Source of the DNA: Chloroflexota bacterium
GTDB lineage: Bacteria; Chloroflexota; Limnocylindria; Limnocylindrales; CSP1-4
NCBI GenBank assembly: GCA_003158295.1
Contig: PMIP01000093.1
Location: forward strand, 7,630 to 71,629
Reading direction: 5' to 3'
DNA: 64,000 bases
Of the stretch, positions 49,781 through 58,915 are shown piece after piece. A model generated the notes under the pieces. It was not told the DNA's origin. It searched no databases and saw only the letters and a list, made by a program, of their open reading frames with translations. Within the stretch, counting starts at the first letter, position 1. Each line of letters starts with the position of its first letter. A program made the translations under genes and the position numbers.

Positions 49781-50821
49781 ATGACCGAGCGAAAGAGCAT
49801 CTGGGTATTCATCGAGCATACCGACGGCCAGATCGCCGACGTGTGCCTGGAGCTGACCGGCAAGGCCCGCGAGCTGGCGGACCAGCTGGGTTACGACGTC
49901 GTCGGTCTGCTGTGCGGCCACAACGTGGAGTCTCTTGCCCAGGAGGTCATCCACCACGGCGCCGACCGCGTCCTGCTGGCGGACGATCCCGAGCTGGCCG
50001 TCTACCGCACCCTCCCCTACGCGAGAGTGGCGATCGACGAGGCTCGCAGGCGCAAGCCGGAGATCTTCCTGATCGGCGGAACCCCCAACGGCCGCGACTT
50101 CGCGCCGCGGGTGGCCAGCGCCCTGCGCTGCGGCCTGACCGCCGACTGCACCGATCTCCAGATCGGCGACTACTACGTCAAGAAGGAAGACAAGACCTAC
50201 AAGAACCTCCTCTATCAGATCCGGCCCGCCTTCGGCGGCAATCTGATCGCCACGATCGTCAACCCGAACACGCGGCCCCAGATGGCCACGGTCCGGGAAG
50301 GGGTCATGCGCAAGCCGGCCGCCGACGCCGGCCGAACGGGCACCGTCGAGGCCGTTACTCCGTCGTTCGAGCCGGGCGACTTCGCCCTGGAAGTCCTGAG
50401 CCGCCAGGTCCGCAAGTCGACCGTCAAGCTCAAAGACGCGCCGGTGATCGTCTCCGGCGGCGCCGGAATCTCGAGCGCCGAGGAGTTCGCGCTCCTGCAG
50501 GACCTGGCCAACCTGCTCGGCGGCGAGGTCGGCGCTTCGCGCGCAGCCGTCGACGCCGGGATGATCGATCGAGCCCACCAGGTAGGCCAGACCGGCACGA
50601 CCGTTAGGCCGCGCCTATACATCGCGGCCGGCATCTCCGGGGCCATCCAGCACCGGGCCGGGATGGACCAGTCGAGCAAGATCATCGCCATCAACACCGA
50701 CCCCAACGCCCCGATGTTCCAGATCGCGCACTACCGGATAGTGGGTGACGCGGGAGAGGTGCTGCCCTTGATCATCAAGACCCTGCGTGAGCGCTCAATG
50801 GAACAGCGAGACCCCGAATGA
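49781..50821 (+). CDS. etfA: Electron transfer flavoprotein alpha subunit (FixB-like)
   Basis: Internal ATG of track ORF 49754..50821. IVSGGAGI, YIAAGISGAIQHRAGM and IIAINTDPNAPMFQIAHYRIVGD. Confidence 0.9.
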   Translation: MTERKSIWVFIEHTDGQIADVCLELTGKARELADQLGYDVVGLLCGHNVESLAQEVIHHGADRVLLADDPELAVYRTLPYARVAIDEARRRKPEIFLIGGTPNGRDFAPRVASALRCGLTADCTDLQIGDYYVKKEDKTYKNLLYQIRPAFGGNLIATIVNPNTRPQMATVREGVMRKPAADAGRTGTVEAVTPSFEPGDFALEVLSRQVRKSTVKLKDAPVIVSGGAGISSAEEFALLQDLANLLGGEVGASRAAVDAGMIDRAHQVGQTGTTVRPRLYIAAGISGAIQHRAGMDQSSKIIAINTDPNAPMFQIAHYRIVGDAGEVLPLIIKTLRERSMEQRDPE

Positions 50822-52539
50822 GCGAGAACTTCTTCCTCGACAACCCGGACCTGCAGTTCCGCCTGGCCCAGCTCGATCTCCGCGAGGCACTTGAGCTGAA
50901 GGAGAAGGGCTACTCCGAGACCGAGCTGTACGCGGCCGCGCCGCGCAACTACGCCGACGCGAAGGAGAACTACCGGATCGTTCTCGAGGTCCTGGGCGAG
51001 GTCTGCGCCGAGAGGGTCGCTCCCCGAGCCGCCGAGGCGGACGAAGAAGGCGCCCATTTCGAAGACGGCGAGGTTACCTACGCCGCGCCGACACTGGAGG
51101 CCATCGAGGCTCTGCGCCAGGCCGAGCTCTTCGGGGCCATGCTGCCGCGCCAGTTCGGCGGCCTGAACCTGCCCGAATCGATCTACCAGATGATGGTCGA
51201 GGTCGTCGCCCGGGCCGAGAGCGGCCTGATGACCGTCTACGGTCTGCAGGAGATCGCCTCCTGCCTGGAGGAGTACGGCGACGAGGAGACGAAGGCGCGG
51301 ATTCTGCCGAAGTTCTCGCGAGGCGAGGTCTCCGGGGCGATGGTCCTGACCGAGGCGGATGCCGGCTCGGACCTGGGGGCCGTGGCGACCAAGGCGACCC
51401 TGGACGAGGCCACGGGCCAGTGGCACCTCAACGGCGTCAAGCGCTTCATCACCAACGGCCTCGCCGACGTGTCGCTGGTCCTGGCTCGCAGCGAGGAGGG
51501 CTCCAGCGACGCCCGCGGCCTATCGATGTTCGTGGTGGAGAAGGACGAGACCGTCAAGATCCGCCGCATCGAGAACAAGCTGGGCATCCATTCCTCGCCC
51601 ACCTGCGAGATCCAGTACAACAACACCCCGGCCATCCTCCTGGGCAAGCGTCGCTTTGGGCTGATGCGCTACTCGATGAATCTCATGAACGGGGCCCGCC
51701 TGGCGGTGGGCGCCCAGGCGATGGGCATCGCCGAGGCCGCTTACCGAGAGGCGGATCGCTACTCCAAGGAGCGCATCCAGTTCGGCAAGCCGATCCGATC
51801 CCTCCCGGCCGTGAGCCGGCTACTGCTCGCCATGAAGGTCGACCTCGAGGCCTCCCGGGCGCTGCTCGCCGAGACCGCAAGCTGGGTGGACCTGTGGAAG
51901 GTCCACGAGAAGGCGATCGGTGAGGGCACGGCTCCCAACCTGGACGCGTTGCGGGCCCGCCACAAGCAGTGCCAGACCCTGGCGGAGACGCTGACCCCGA
52001 TGGTGAAGTACTGCGCCACCGAGATGGGCAACCGCGTCTGCTATCAGGCCATGCAAGTCCACGGCGGCGTGGGCTACATGCGCGAGTTCAACATCGAGCG
52101 GCTCTTCCGCGACGTTCGAATCACCAACATCTACGAGGGCACGAGCCAGCTGCAGGTGGTCGCGGCCATCGGCAAGCTGCTCAACCACTCCCTGGACCCG
52201 CTCCTGGCCGAGTGGCAGGCAGCCGAGTATCCGGCCGACATGGCCGCCGAGAAGGCGATCCTCGTGGAGCTGACGGAGCTCTTCGGCAAGGCCGTCGATG
52301 CGCTCAAGGCCCAGCCCGAGCGCGACCGCGTCGACTACTACGCCTGCGACCTGGTCGACATGGCGGTCTGGTTGAGCTGCGCCTGGCTGCTGCTGCGCGA
52401 CACCAACGTCCTGGAGGCCAAGAAGCCGGTCGCCAGGGTCTATGTGGCGTCGATCGCCGCACGGGTTCGCGCGGCCGGGCAGGTCGTCTTGGCCTCCGAT
52501 CCGGTTCCGCTCGAGGCGATCCCCGCGCTGCTCGGGTAG
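50818..52539 (+). CDS. Long-form acyl-CoA dehydrogenase
   Basis: 573 aa with ATGA overlap on the etfA stop. GAMVLTEADAGSD, KRFITNG, RLAVGAQAMGIAE and QVHGGVGYMREF...RITNIYEGTSQ. Confidence 0.85.
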   Translation: MSENFFLDNPDLQFRLAQLDLREALELKEKGYSETELYAAAPRNYADAKENYRIVLEVLGEVCAERVAPRAAEADEEGAHFEDGEVTYAAPTLEAIEALRQAELFGAMLPRQFGGLNLPESIYQMMVEVVARAESGLMTVYGLQEIASCLEEYGDEETKARILPKFSRGEVSGAMVLTEADAGSDLGAVATKATLDEATGQWHLNGVKRFITNGLADVSLVLARSEEGSSDARGLSMFVVEKDETVKIRRIENKLGIHSSPTCEIQYNNTPAILLGKRRFGLMRYSMNLMNGARLAVGAQAMGIAEAAYREADRYSKERIQFGKPIRSLPAVSRLLLAMKVDLEASRALLAETASWVDLWKVHEKAIGEGTAPNLDALRARHKQCQTLAETLTPMVKYCATEMGNRVCYQAMQVHGGVGYMREFNIERLFRDVRITNIYEGTSQLQVVAAIGKLLNHSLDPLLAEWQAAEYPADMAAEKAILVELTELFGKAVDALKAQPERDRVDYYACDLVDMAVWLSCAWLLLRDTNVLEAKKPVARVYVASIAARVRAAGQVVLASDPVPLEAIPALLG

Positions 52540-52625
52540 CCGAGCGCGCCGTTCGGCGCCACGCCCATCGTAGAAACTCGCGACCACCAGGCCCGCCGGC
52601 CCGGCGGTCGCGTACTTGCGAGCCG

Positions 52626-53597
52626 TCAGGGCTGCGTCAGCGTCAAAGCGCCATCGGGAAGACTGCCGGTCGAGGAGAAGAGCTCTATCCGTGCCTCCAC
52701 CCACCACTGAACCCTGCGGATCGCAGTCGCGCCGGTCGCGCCTGTGGGAGCAGACCCGGGCCCGAAACTGCCGCTGACTTCGATCGGCAACGTGCAGTCC
52801 GCACCCGCGCTGCAAAGCGACTCCCACTCTGTTTGAGCCGGGGTTTGCCCGTCGCGGAGCTGTGGAGTAGAGCCCACGGTAACGACGGTCGACAAGGGGT
52901 AGTCGGGCGTAAACCCCGCGAATACGCGAGCGACCGCCGGGTAGACGGCCGGCTCCGCCACGAGGGCCTTCGGAGCGTGAAGGTAGGCCAGCCCGCCCGC
53001 AGTGGCAGGATCAAGAGGCACTTTCAGGTCGCCGACGGCCCGGGCGGAGACCATCCTGGGCTTGCCGTCGAAGCGCTGCGACACATCCTCCGTGAGCGTT
53101 GCCTCGATCGTCCCGGCGTCCTTTACGCACTCGTCCGGGGCACCGGCGGTGATTATGTCCAACGTCGCGTCGACGTCGATTGCTCGTGTCTCTCCAGCGA
53201 CTGGGAAGCCCCAACGGAACACGAGCGCATAGGAGCGGTTGCAGCCCTTCCAGCATGCTTCGCCAGGCCACGTATGGCCTTCGCCGTATCCCGGACCGGG
53301 AATCACGAGGGGAGCTGTGCCTCCGGTGACATCGACGATGGAGACCCAGGGTCGCTCGAAACGGTTGCCGCCTTCTTCGATCCAGCTGAAGTCCAGCCTC
53401 GCCTCAATCTGGCGGTCGACATGGGGAATGTCCACCTTGATCACGCGGGCAGCCGCCGGTGAGTCAGCGCTGAGGACGACCTTCCCGGACCATTTCACGT
53501 CCGTTGGATGCGAGCAGCCAGGCCCACAACCAGCAGCGACGACCGGAACAAACGCCAGCGCCGAAATGTATGCGAGCAATCCCCTCCTGATCCCCAT
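52626..53597 (-). CDS. Hypothetical lipoprotein
   Basis: Internal ATG of track ORF 52626..53723. Signal peptide plus lipobox: MGIRRGLLAYISALAFVPVVAAGC. No family recognised. Confidence 0.55.
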   Translation of the reverse strand: MGIRRGLLAYISALAFVPVVAAGCGPGCSHPTDVKWSGKVVLSADSPAAARVIKVDIPHVDRQIEARLDFSWIEEGGNRFERPWVSIVDVTGGTAPLVIPGPGYGEGHTWPGEACWKGCNRSYALVFRWGFPVAGETRAIDVDATLDIITAGAPDECVKDAGTIEATLTEDVSQRFDGKPRMVSARAVGDLKVPLDPATAGGLAYLHAPKALVAEPAVYPAVARVFAGFTPDYPLSTVVTVGSTPQLRDGQTPAQTEWESLCSAGADCTLPIEVSGSFGPGSAPTGATGATAIRRVQWWVEARIELFSSTGSLPDGALTLTQP

Positions 53598-53817
53598 GGA
53601 CCAAGGATAACGACGTTTCCCGCCCAATTGTGGCGGACGCGATTGTCTGCGCCACGCACAACCTCTCCGGGGTTGGCAACGATTCGGATGGCGGTATTCG
53701 GCCGTGACCGCCATTTCTACCAATTCGACTCTGGGAGCAGGCGCCGGCCGTCGGGCGGGGTCGGCTCGTCTGGCCAGCAGTACTTGCTTTGGTGCCTCCG
53801 GCCCAGGCGCGGCGGGG

Positions 53818-54414
53818 CTACGGAGTGACGACGACGGTCACCTCGAAGAGTCCCGCGCCGCCGGTGCACTGCAGTGCCTCGCCGCAGCTTGTCCGGCTCG
53901 CGGAGATGAGGGCGCTTCCTCGCGCAAGGGCCTTGAAGGTTGCCGTGACGGTGCCGCAGCCGGCGCCTGGAACGCATTTGACCGCGCCCGCGACCGAGTA
54001 GACGGGTCGGCCGATCATGGTCAGGACCGACGGGTCAGGGCTGTCGTGGACGGTCCAGTAGATGTTGTGCAGGACGAGCTTGACCGTCGCACCGACGGAC
54101 ACGGTGAGCATTCGACCGCTATCGGCCTCGCCGAGTTCCGTCGTGCTTGTCGGACCAGCCGGCGGGGCGGGAGCCGTACTGCCTGTGGCGGCCGGTGCCG
54201 GGCTGCGGGTGCCGGCGGGTGCCGGGCTGCTCGTCGGGGTCGAGGTGCCGGCGGTCGCATTCGATCCCGTGGCCAACGAGGTGAGTCCGGGCGACGTGAG
54301 CTCGGGGGCGCTGGAGGGCGATGCGCCCACGCCGACGCAGGCAGCTGCCACGAGTGCCGTGCAGGCAGCGGTCGCCAGCATCCGGGCGATGACGATTTGA
54401 CGATTGTGGATCAT
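53818..54414 (-). CDS. Hypothetical secreted/lipoprotein with a Pro/Thr/Ser/Ala-rich linker and a small Cys-containing beta-rich C-terminal domain
   Basis: 198 aa. Lipobox-like LVAAAC. Low-complexity linker residues ~30-95. C-terminal domain with four Cys. Confidence 0.55.
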   Translation of the reverse strand: MIHNRQIVIARMLATAACTALVAAACVGVGASPSSAPELTSPGLTSLATGSNATAGTSTPTSSPAPAGTRSPAPAATGSTAPAPPAGPTSTTELGEADSGRMLTVSVGATVKLVLHNIYWTVHDSPDPSVLTMIGRPVYSVAGAVKCVPGAGCGTVTATFKALARGSALISASRTSCGEALQCTGGAGLFEVTVVVTP

Positions 54415-54517
54415 GCCGAGGCCTCGTGATGCGATCGAGCCTCAGACGTTGGCCGACGCCGCTGAGTTTCCCGAGGGCGGCGGCCTTCGGTGACCGCCGC
54501 CCTCGAGGAGCTACTCA

Positions 54518-56341
54518 TCAGCGGCCGGGCTCGCCAATCGCAGCGGCGTTGACGAGGCCGGCGCCGAATGCGTCGGCGTCGGAGATGGCCCGGCCACCGT
54601 TGTGGCAGTAGCCGGTCGTGCAGGCGATCTCGGTGAGGTCGCCCGCCGACGTGTCGGTCGCGCTCAACGGCTGAGTCGTGTTGCCACGGACGTGCTGAGC
54701 GCTGGCCTTGAGCGTGGCCTCGATGGCCTGCGGCTTGTGGCGCAGCGAGGGGTTGCGGCTGGCGATCAGGGCCGCGACCGCCGAAGCGTGCGGCGTCGCC
54801 ATCGACGTGCCCTGAATCGTGCTGTAGCAGTCATTGGGGTAGAACTTGGGTCCAAGTGCCGGCGAGTTTGCGAGCACTCCCGAACCCGTCCAGCACGGGA
54901 TCTCGAGCGCCCAGTCGGAAGTGACGCTGAAGTCCTCATAGGCGGTCGTGGCGTCGGCAGTCGTGTAGGGGAAGCCGGGCGTTCCGCCTCTGTCGTAGCG
55001 AGGGATGTTGAACTTACGTGCGCCGCCCGGCGCCGCCACGTCCACGCGCGGACCGTAGTTGCTGTAGTAGGCGAGCTGGTTCTCTCGCCCCACACCGGTC
55101 GGCTGATGGAGATCGCTGGTCGGTTTGCAGGTGGCGCTGCCGAGTGCGCCGGTTCCGTCGGGCGTGTCGCCGATCGTGCCCGCAGGGCAGGAAGCCGACG
55201 GAGCAGCGACGACGTTGTTCGTTGCCGAAACCATGACGACGCCGGGAATGCCACCCGGAGTCTCGTAGAGCCCGTAGAGGTCGAGCAATGGATCACCAGG
55301 AACGGTCTCACTCCCGTGGCTCAGAACGCGACCGCCCGCACCGATCCGGACGTGCTCGTTGCCGGCGGCGGCGACGATGAGCGTGCCCTTGCGAAGCGCA
55401 TAGGCAACGGTCTGGACGTACTGCTTGTAGACGAGCGCGTCGTCGGGATTCGCGAGGTCGAGGTAGCCACCGAACGAGATGCTGACGACGTCGATGCCGT
55501 GATTGGCGGCGTAGGTGAAGGCTGCCAGGATCTCGGAGTCGTAGGCGTAGCCGCACCACTGCGAGATCTTCAGCGCCACGAGCTTGACGTTCGGCGCGAT
55601 TCCATTGATGCCCTGGCCGTCGAGTGCGGCGGCGATGTTGCCACCGATCCAGGAGCCGTGGCCGTTCCAGTCAGTCGTTGCAGGGCCACCGTAGAGCGCC
55701 GCCCAGTCCGCGTCAGTCTTGGCCAGATCGGTCCCCGCGTACACCTGCTCGCAGATGGTCGGGCTGCCCTCCAGGCCGGTGAAGTCCTCGACATGAACGA
55801 CCTGGGAGGCAAGCTCCGCGTGCGTGAAGTCGAGGCCTGTGTCGGCGACGCCGACCGTCACTGCCGGACTGCCGGTCGATGTCTTCCAGGCCGCCGGCGC
55901 TCCGATCCGGTTGACGTTCCACATCAGACCCGGCAGCGACATTGCCGGATCCGGAGTGACCTTGGAGTGGCCGCCCCCGCCCGGGCCGTGCGGCGTCAAT
56001 TTCGGAGGCGCGACGGCGCCGCCTTCAGGTGGCGTCAGCTGCTCCATGTGGTCGGGCGCGACGCCCGACGCATGGGCATCGCTCGAGAGGCCGCGCAGGT
56101 TGCTCCCGCCTGTGACTACGAACGTGTTTATGTCGGGCAGCTCGTTGATGATTCGGCCACCCGCCGCTGAGATGTCCGCCCTCAGACCGCTGAAGTCCTG
56201 GTCGCTCTTGGCGACAAGGATCCAGCGGTTGCCACCAGCGTGGGTTGGGCCTGCGGCGGCGGCCGATGGGGCCGCGGCCGCGGCGCTCACGATCAACACG
56301 GCGGCCGATGCCATGGCCAGCCAGGGATGTATCCGTGCCAT
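54518..56341 (-). CDS. S8 family (subtilisin-like) serine peptidase, secreted
   Basis: ATG 56341 with GGAGGA 6 nt upstream and a signal peptide. Catalytic triad contexts VGVADTGLD, WNGHGSWIGG and GTSMATPHASA. Confidence 0.9.
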   Translation of the reverse strand: MARIHPWLAMASAAVLIVSAAAAAPSAAAAGPTHAGGNRWILVAKSDQDFSGLRADISAAGGRIINELPDINTFVVTGGSNLRGLSSDAHASGVAPDHMEQLTPPEGGAVAPPKLTPHGPGGGGHSKVTPDPAMSLPGLMWNVNRIGAPAAWKTSTGSPAVTVGVADTGLDFTHAELASQVVHVEDFTGLEGSPTICEQVYAGTDLAKTDADWAALYGGPATTDWNGHGSWIGGNIAAALDGQGINGIAPNVKLVALKISQWCGYAYDSEILAAFTYAANHGIDVVSISFGGYLDLANPDDALVYKQYVQTVAYALRKGTLIVAAAGNEHVRIGAGGRVLSHGSETVPGDPLLDLYGLYETPGGIPGVVMVSATNNVVAAPSASCPAGTIGDTPDGTGALGSATCKPTSDLHQPTGVGRENQLAYYSNYGPRVDVAAPGGARKFNIPRYDRGGTPGFPYTTADATTAYEDFSVTSDWALEIPCWTGSGVLANSPALGPKFYPNDCYSTIQGTSMATPHASAVAALIASRNPSLRHKPQAIEATLKASAQHVRGNTTQPLSATDTSAGDLTEIACTTGYCHNGGRAISDADAFGAGLVNAAAIGEPGR

Positions 56342-56734
56342 ATCGTCTCCTCCGGGCACAAACGTCCCTACGACAACGCGCGGTGCGGTCTCGCCAGTGG
56401 CTCGGCGCGGTCAAGGCGACCTGTGTGAAGACCACGCGTCACTGCCCACCGCTTGACGGCTCATGGTAGTAACTTGGATACAGCCCCGGCAGCAGGTAAG
56501 GCGGCGTATTCAACCCCCACCTACCTTGAAGTAGGCAGAGGTGCAGCTTCGGTCAGCGGCAGCGGTGACCAGAGACGGCGGCTCCGCGCGGCGCCGACGG
56601 CCGCAACGCCCATCCACACGTTCCATGTACGGAACGGTTCCCCACTACTCTGGCGTAACGAGTCAGGCCCGCCGGAGTTAGGAACAGGTGGAGACGGCCG
56701 GAGCCGAGGAATCGACGGAGGACCGACGGAACCC

Positions 56735-57655
56735 ATGAGATTGACCGAGAAGCCGGCAGCCCGAGCAGCCGAACAGGATTCGACCTCCTCGCCGGCGCCG
56801 CGAGCCCAGGCCGTCGCCGTTGCCAAGCCGCGAGTCGGCCGTCGCCTCGCCCGCCCTGCCGACGACTGTGAGAGTAGCGGCCTGCTCAACGGCAAGAAGG
56901 CCCTCGTCTTTGGCGTCGCCAACGACCACTCGATCGCCTGGGGGATCGCCAAGGCGTTGCACGAGCAGGGCGCGAAGGTCGGCTTCAGCTCGATGGCTTC
57001 GCTGATCAAACGCCGAGTTCGGCCGCTTGCGGCTTCGATCGGCTCCACTTTCGTGGAAGGCTGCGACGTCCGCGACGACGACGAGATCCGGCGCGTCTTC
57101 GAGCGCTGGCATGCCCGAGAGGGCAATCTGGACATCCTCGTCCATGCCGTCGCATACGCCGAGAAGGAAGACCTCGCCGGCCACTTCGCCGACACCAGCC
57201 GGGACGGCTTCCACACCGCCTTCGACATCAGCGTCTACTCGCTGATCGCAATGGCGCGGGAGGCCCGCCCCTACATGGCGCCGGGCTCCTCCATCATCAC
57301 CCTCACTTACTACGGTGCCGAGAAGGTCGTGCCTCACTACAACATCATGGGCGTGGCCAAAGCGGCCCTCGAGGCGTCGACGAGGTATCTGGCGGCCGAC
57401 CTGGGCCCCAGCGGAATCCGAATCAACGCCATCAGCGCCGGGCCGGTTCGAACCCTATCCGCGCACGGAATCGCCGGCTTCAAGCTCATGTACGGCGCGT
57501 TCGCGGACGTGACCCCGCTGCGCACGCACATCACCATCGAGGACGTAGCCGGCACGGCCGTCTATCTGGCCAGCGATCTCTCCGGCAAGACCACGGGCGA
57601 GACGATCTACGTCGACGGCGGCTTCAACATCCTGGGGTTGCCGGTCGCCGAATAG
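56735..57655 (+). CDS. fabI: Enoyl-[acyl-carrier-protein] reductase (NADH), FabI; N-terminal boundary uncertain
   Basis: LLNGKKALVFGVANDHSIAWGIAKAL, ...YYGAEKVVPHYNIMGVAKAALEA (Tyr/Lys), NAISAGPVRT. The nearest canonical start (ATG 56735) gives a ~50-aa extension. Confidence 0.85.
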   Translation: MRLTEKPAARAAEQDSTSSPAPRAQAVAVAKPRVGRRLARPADDCESSGLLNGKKALVFGVANDHSIAWGIAKALHEQGAKVGFSSMASLIKRRVRPLAASIGSTFVEGCDVRDDDEIRRVFERWHAREGNLDILVHAVAYAEKEDLAGHFADTSRDGFHTAFDISVYSLIAMAREARPYMAPGSSIITLTYYGAEKVVPHYNIMGVAKAALEASTRYLAADLGPSGIRINAISAGPVRTLSAHGIAGFKLMYGAFADVTPLRTHITIEDVAGTAVYLASDLSGKTTGETIYVDGGFNILGLPVAE

Positions 57656-57673
57656 TGGTCGGGTGAGCTGTCG

Positions 57674-58102
57674 CTATCTGCCGGTGCGCGGCCCTGCGTC
57701 GGCCGACCGCCGCCCGACGCGCCGGAGACGGATCCACACGATCAGGATGCAGAGCGCGATCAAGGCGCCGACGGCGTCGATGCCCACGTCCACCGGCGAG
57801 GGGTGGCGTCCAGCCGTGAAGGATTGGTGGAGTTCGTCGCTGCCTGCGTAGACGGCGGTCAGCAGCCAGCTCCAGAAGACCGGGCGGCCGATCTGAGCGG
57901 ATGTCAGGGCGCGCCATAGCAGGATGGCCAGCACGCCGAAGACGAACATGTGTCCGGCCTTGCGGACGACAAAGTCAAGCGCATCCGCCTGGGCGAACCT
58001 CAGGTTCGACTGGGCCGAGAAGGCGAAGATGAGGGCGGCCCAGAGCACGACAGGCAGCCACTCCAGGAGAAAGGCGAGGATTGCCGGCTTGAGGGTGCGC
58101 AC
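57674..58102 (-). CDS. VanZ family membrane protein
   Basis: 142 aa, four TM. VRKAGHMFVFGVLA and GSDELHQSF. Confidence 0.75.
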   Translation of the reverse strand: MRTLKPAILAFLLEWLPVVLWAALIFAFSAQSNLRFAQADALDFVVRKAGHMFVFGVLAILLWRALTSAQIGRPVFWSWLLTAVYAGSDELHQSFTAGRHPSPVDVGIDAVGALIALCILIVWIRLRRVGRRSADAGPRTGR

Positions 58103-58147
58103 CAGGGCATGTTAGCGACGCCGCCCTATTCCCGAGTTGGTGCAACC

Positions 58148-58915
58148 TCAGTCGGTGCCGCCCGACAGCTCGAAGTGCATGAGGCGCCACGTGGCGAGAA
58201 CCAGCGCGGCCACGACTACCACGGCCGACAACACGACCGCGGTCTCGGGAGGGAGCCGCGCCGGCTCGCGACCCACCTGGACGAACCAGTCACCCACCCC
58301 GAGCGCGTACTGCCGGATCGAGAGGTTGGCGATGCCGGGCAGCAGTGAGGAGAGCAGCCCCTCCCAGATCAGCGTGTAGCCGATCCCGATGACCAGGGCT
58401 CGCCGCGTGAACATGCTGACTGCCACGAAGACGGCCACGTAGCACAGCCCGCCCACGACCGTCGCGCCCACATACGCCTCGGTTGCGCGCACACCCACCT
58501 CACCGGCCGGAATCACTTCCACCAGCGCCCCCGCCAATATCGCTCCGACAGTGAGCAGAAGCGTCAGCGCCGCCGCGGCCATCGCCTTGGACAGAACCAC
58601 GGCCCACCGCGGCAGGGGCTTGGCCAGCAGGTACAGCGCTGTCCCCTCATCCAACTCGGCGCCGAACGCACCCGTTCCGAAGAGAACCGCGGTGAGCGGC
58701 AGAACGATGGCTATGAGAACGCCATCGAAAACGGAATTGCTGTACCGCTGGACATCGATCCGGTCGAACAGTCGGAAAACCAAGGCGAGAAGCAGCGGCA
58801 GCGCGGCCAGCAGCAGCAGGAGAAGGGTGCGTCTGCGGCCAAGCAGCTGCCTGACGGTGACGCGAAAGATCTCGGGCATTGCCCGGATCGGGCTTCTCGG
58901 CGAACCGTGGATCAT
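58148..58915 (-). CDS. ABC-2 type transporter permease
   Basis: 255 aa, six TM. ATGA overlap with the upstream ATPase stop. Confidence 0.7.
   Translation of the reverse strand: MIHGSPRSPIRAMPEIFRVTVRQLLGRRRTLLLLLLAALPLLLALVFRLFDRIDVQRYSNSVFDGVLIAIVLPLTAVLFGTGAFGAELDEGTALYLLAKPLPRWAVVLSKAMAAAALTLLLTVGAILAGALVEVIPAGEVGVRATEAYVGATVVGGLCYVAVFVAVSMFTRRALVIGIGYTLIWEGLLSSLLPGIANLSIRQYALGVGDWFVQVGREPARLPPETAVVLSAVVVVAALVLATWRLMHFELSGGTD

Noticed and set aside
54602-56170. 522-aa plus-strand ORF
   Set aside because: It is antisense to the S8 peptidase, which has a clear catalytic triad and signal peptide.
57441-57460. tRNA T-loop-like strings (GGTTCGAA) here and at ~24365, ~46055 and ~15490
   Set aside because: All lie inside well-supported CDSs and lack acceptor or anticodon stem context. 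I found no tRNA in any intergenic region.
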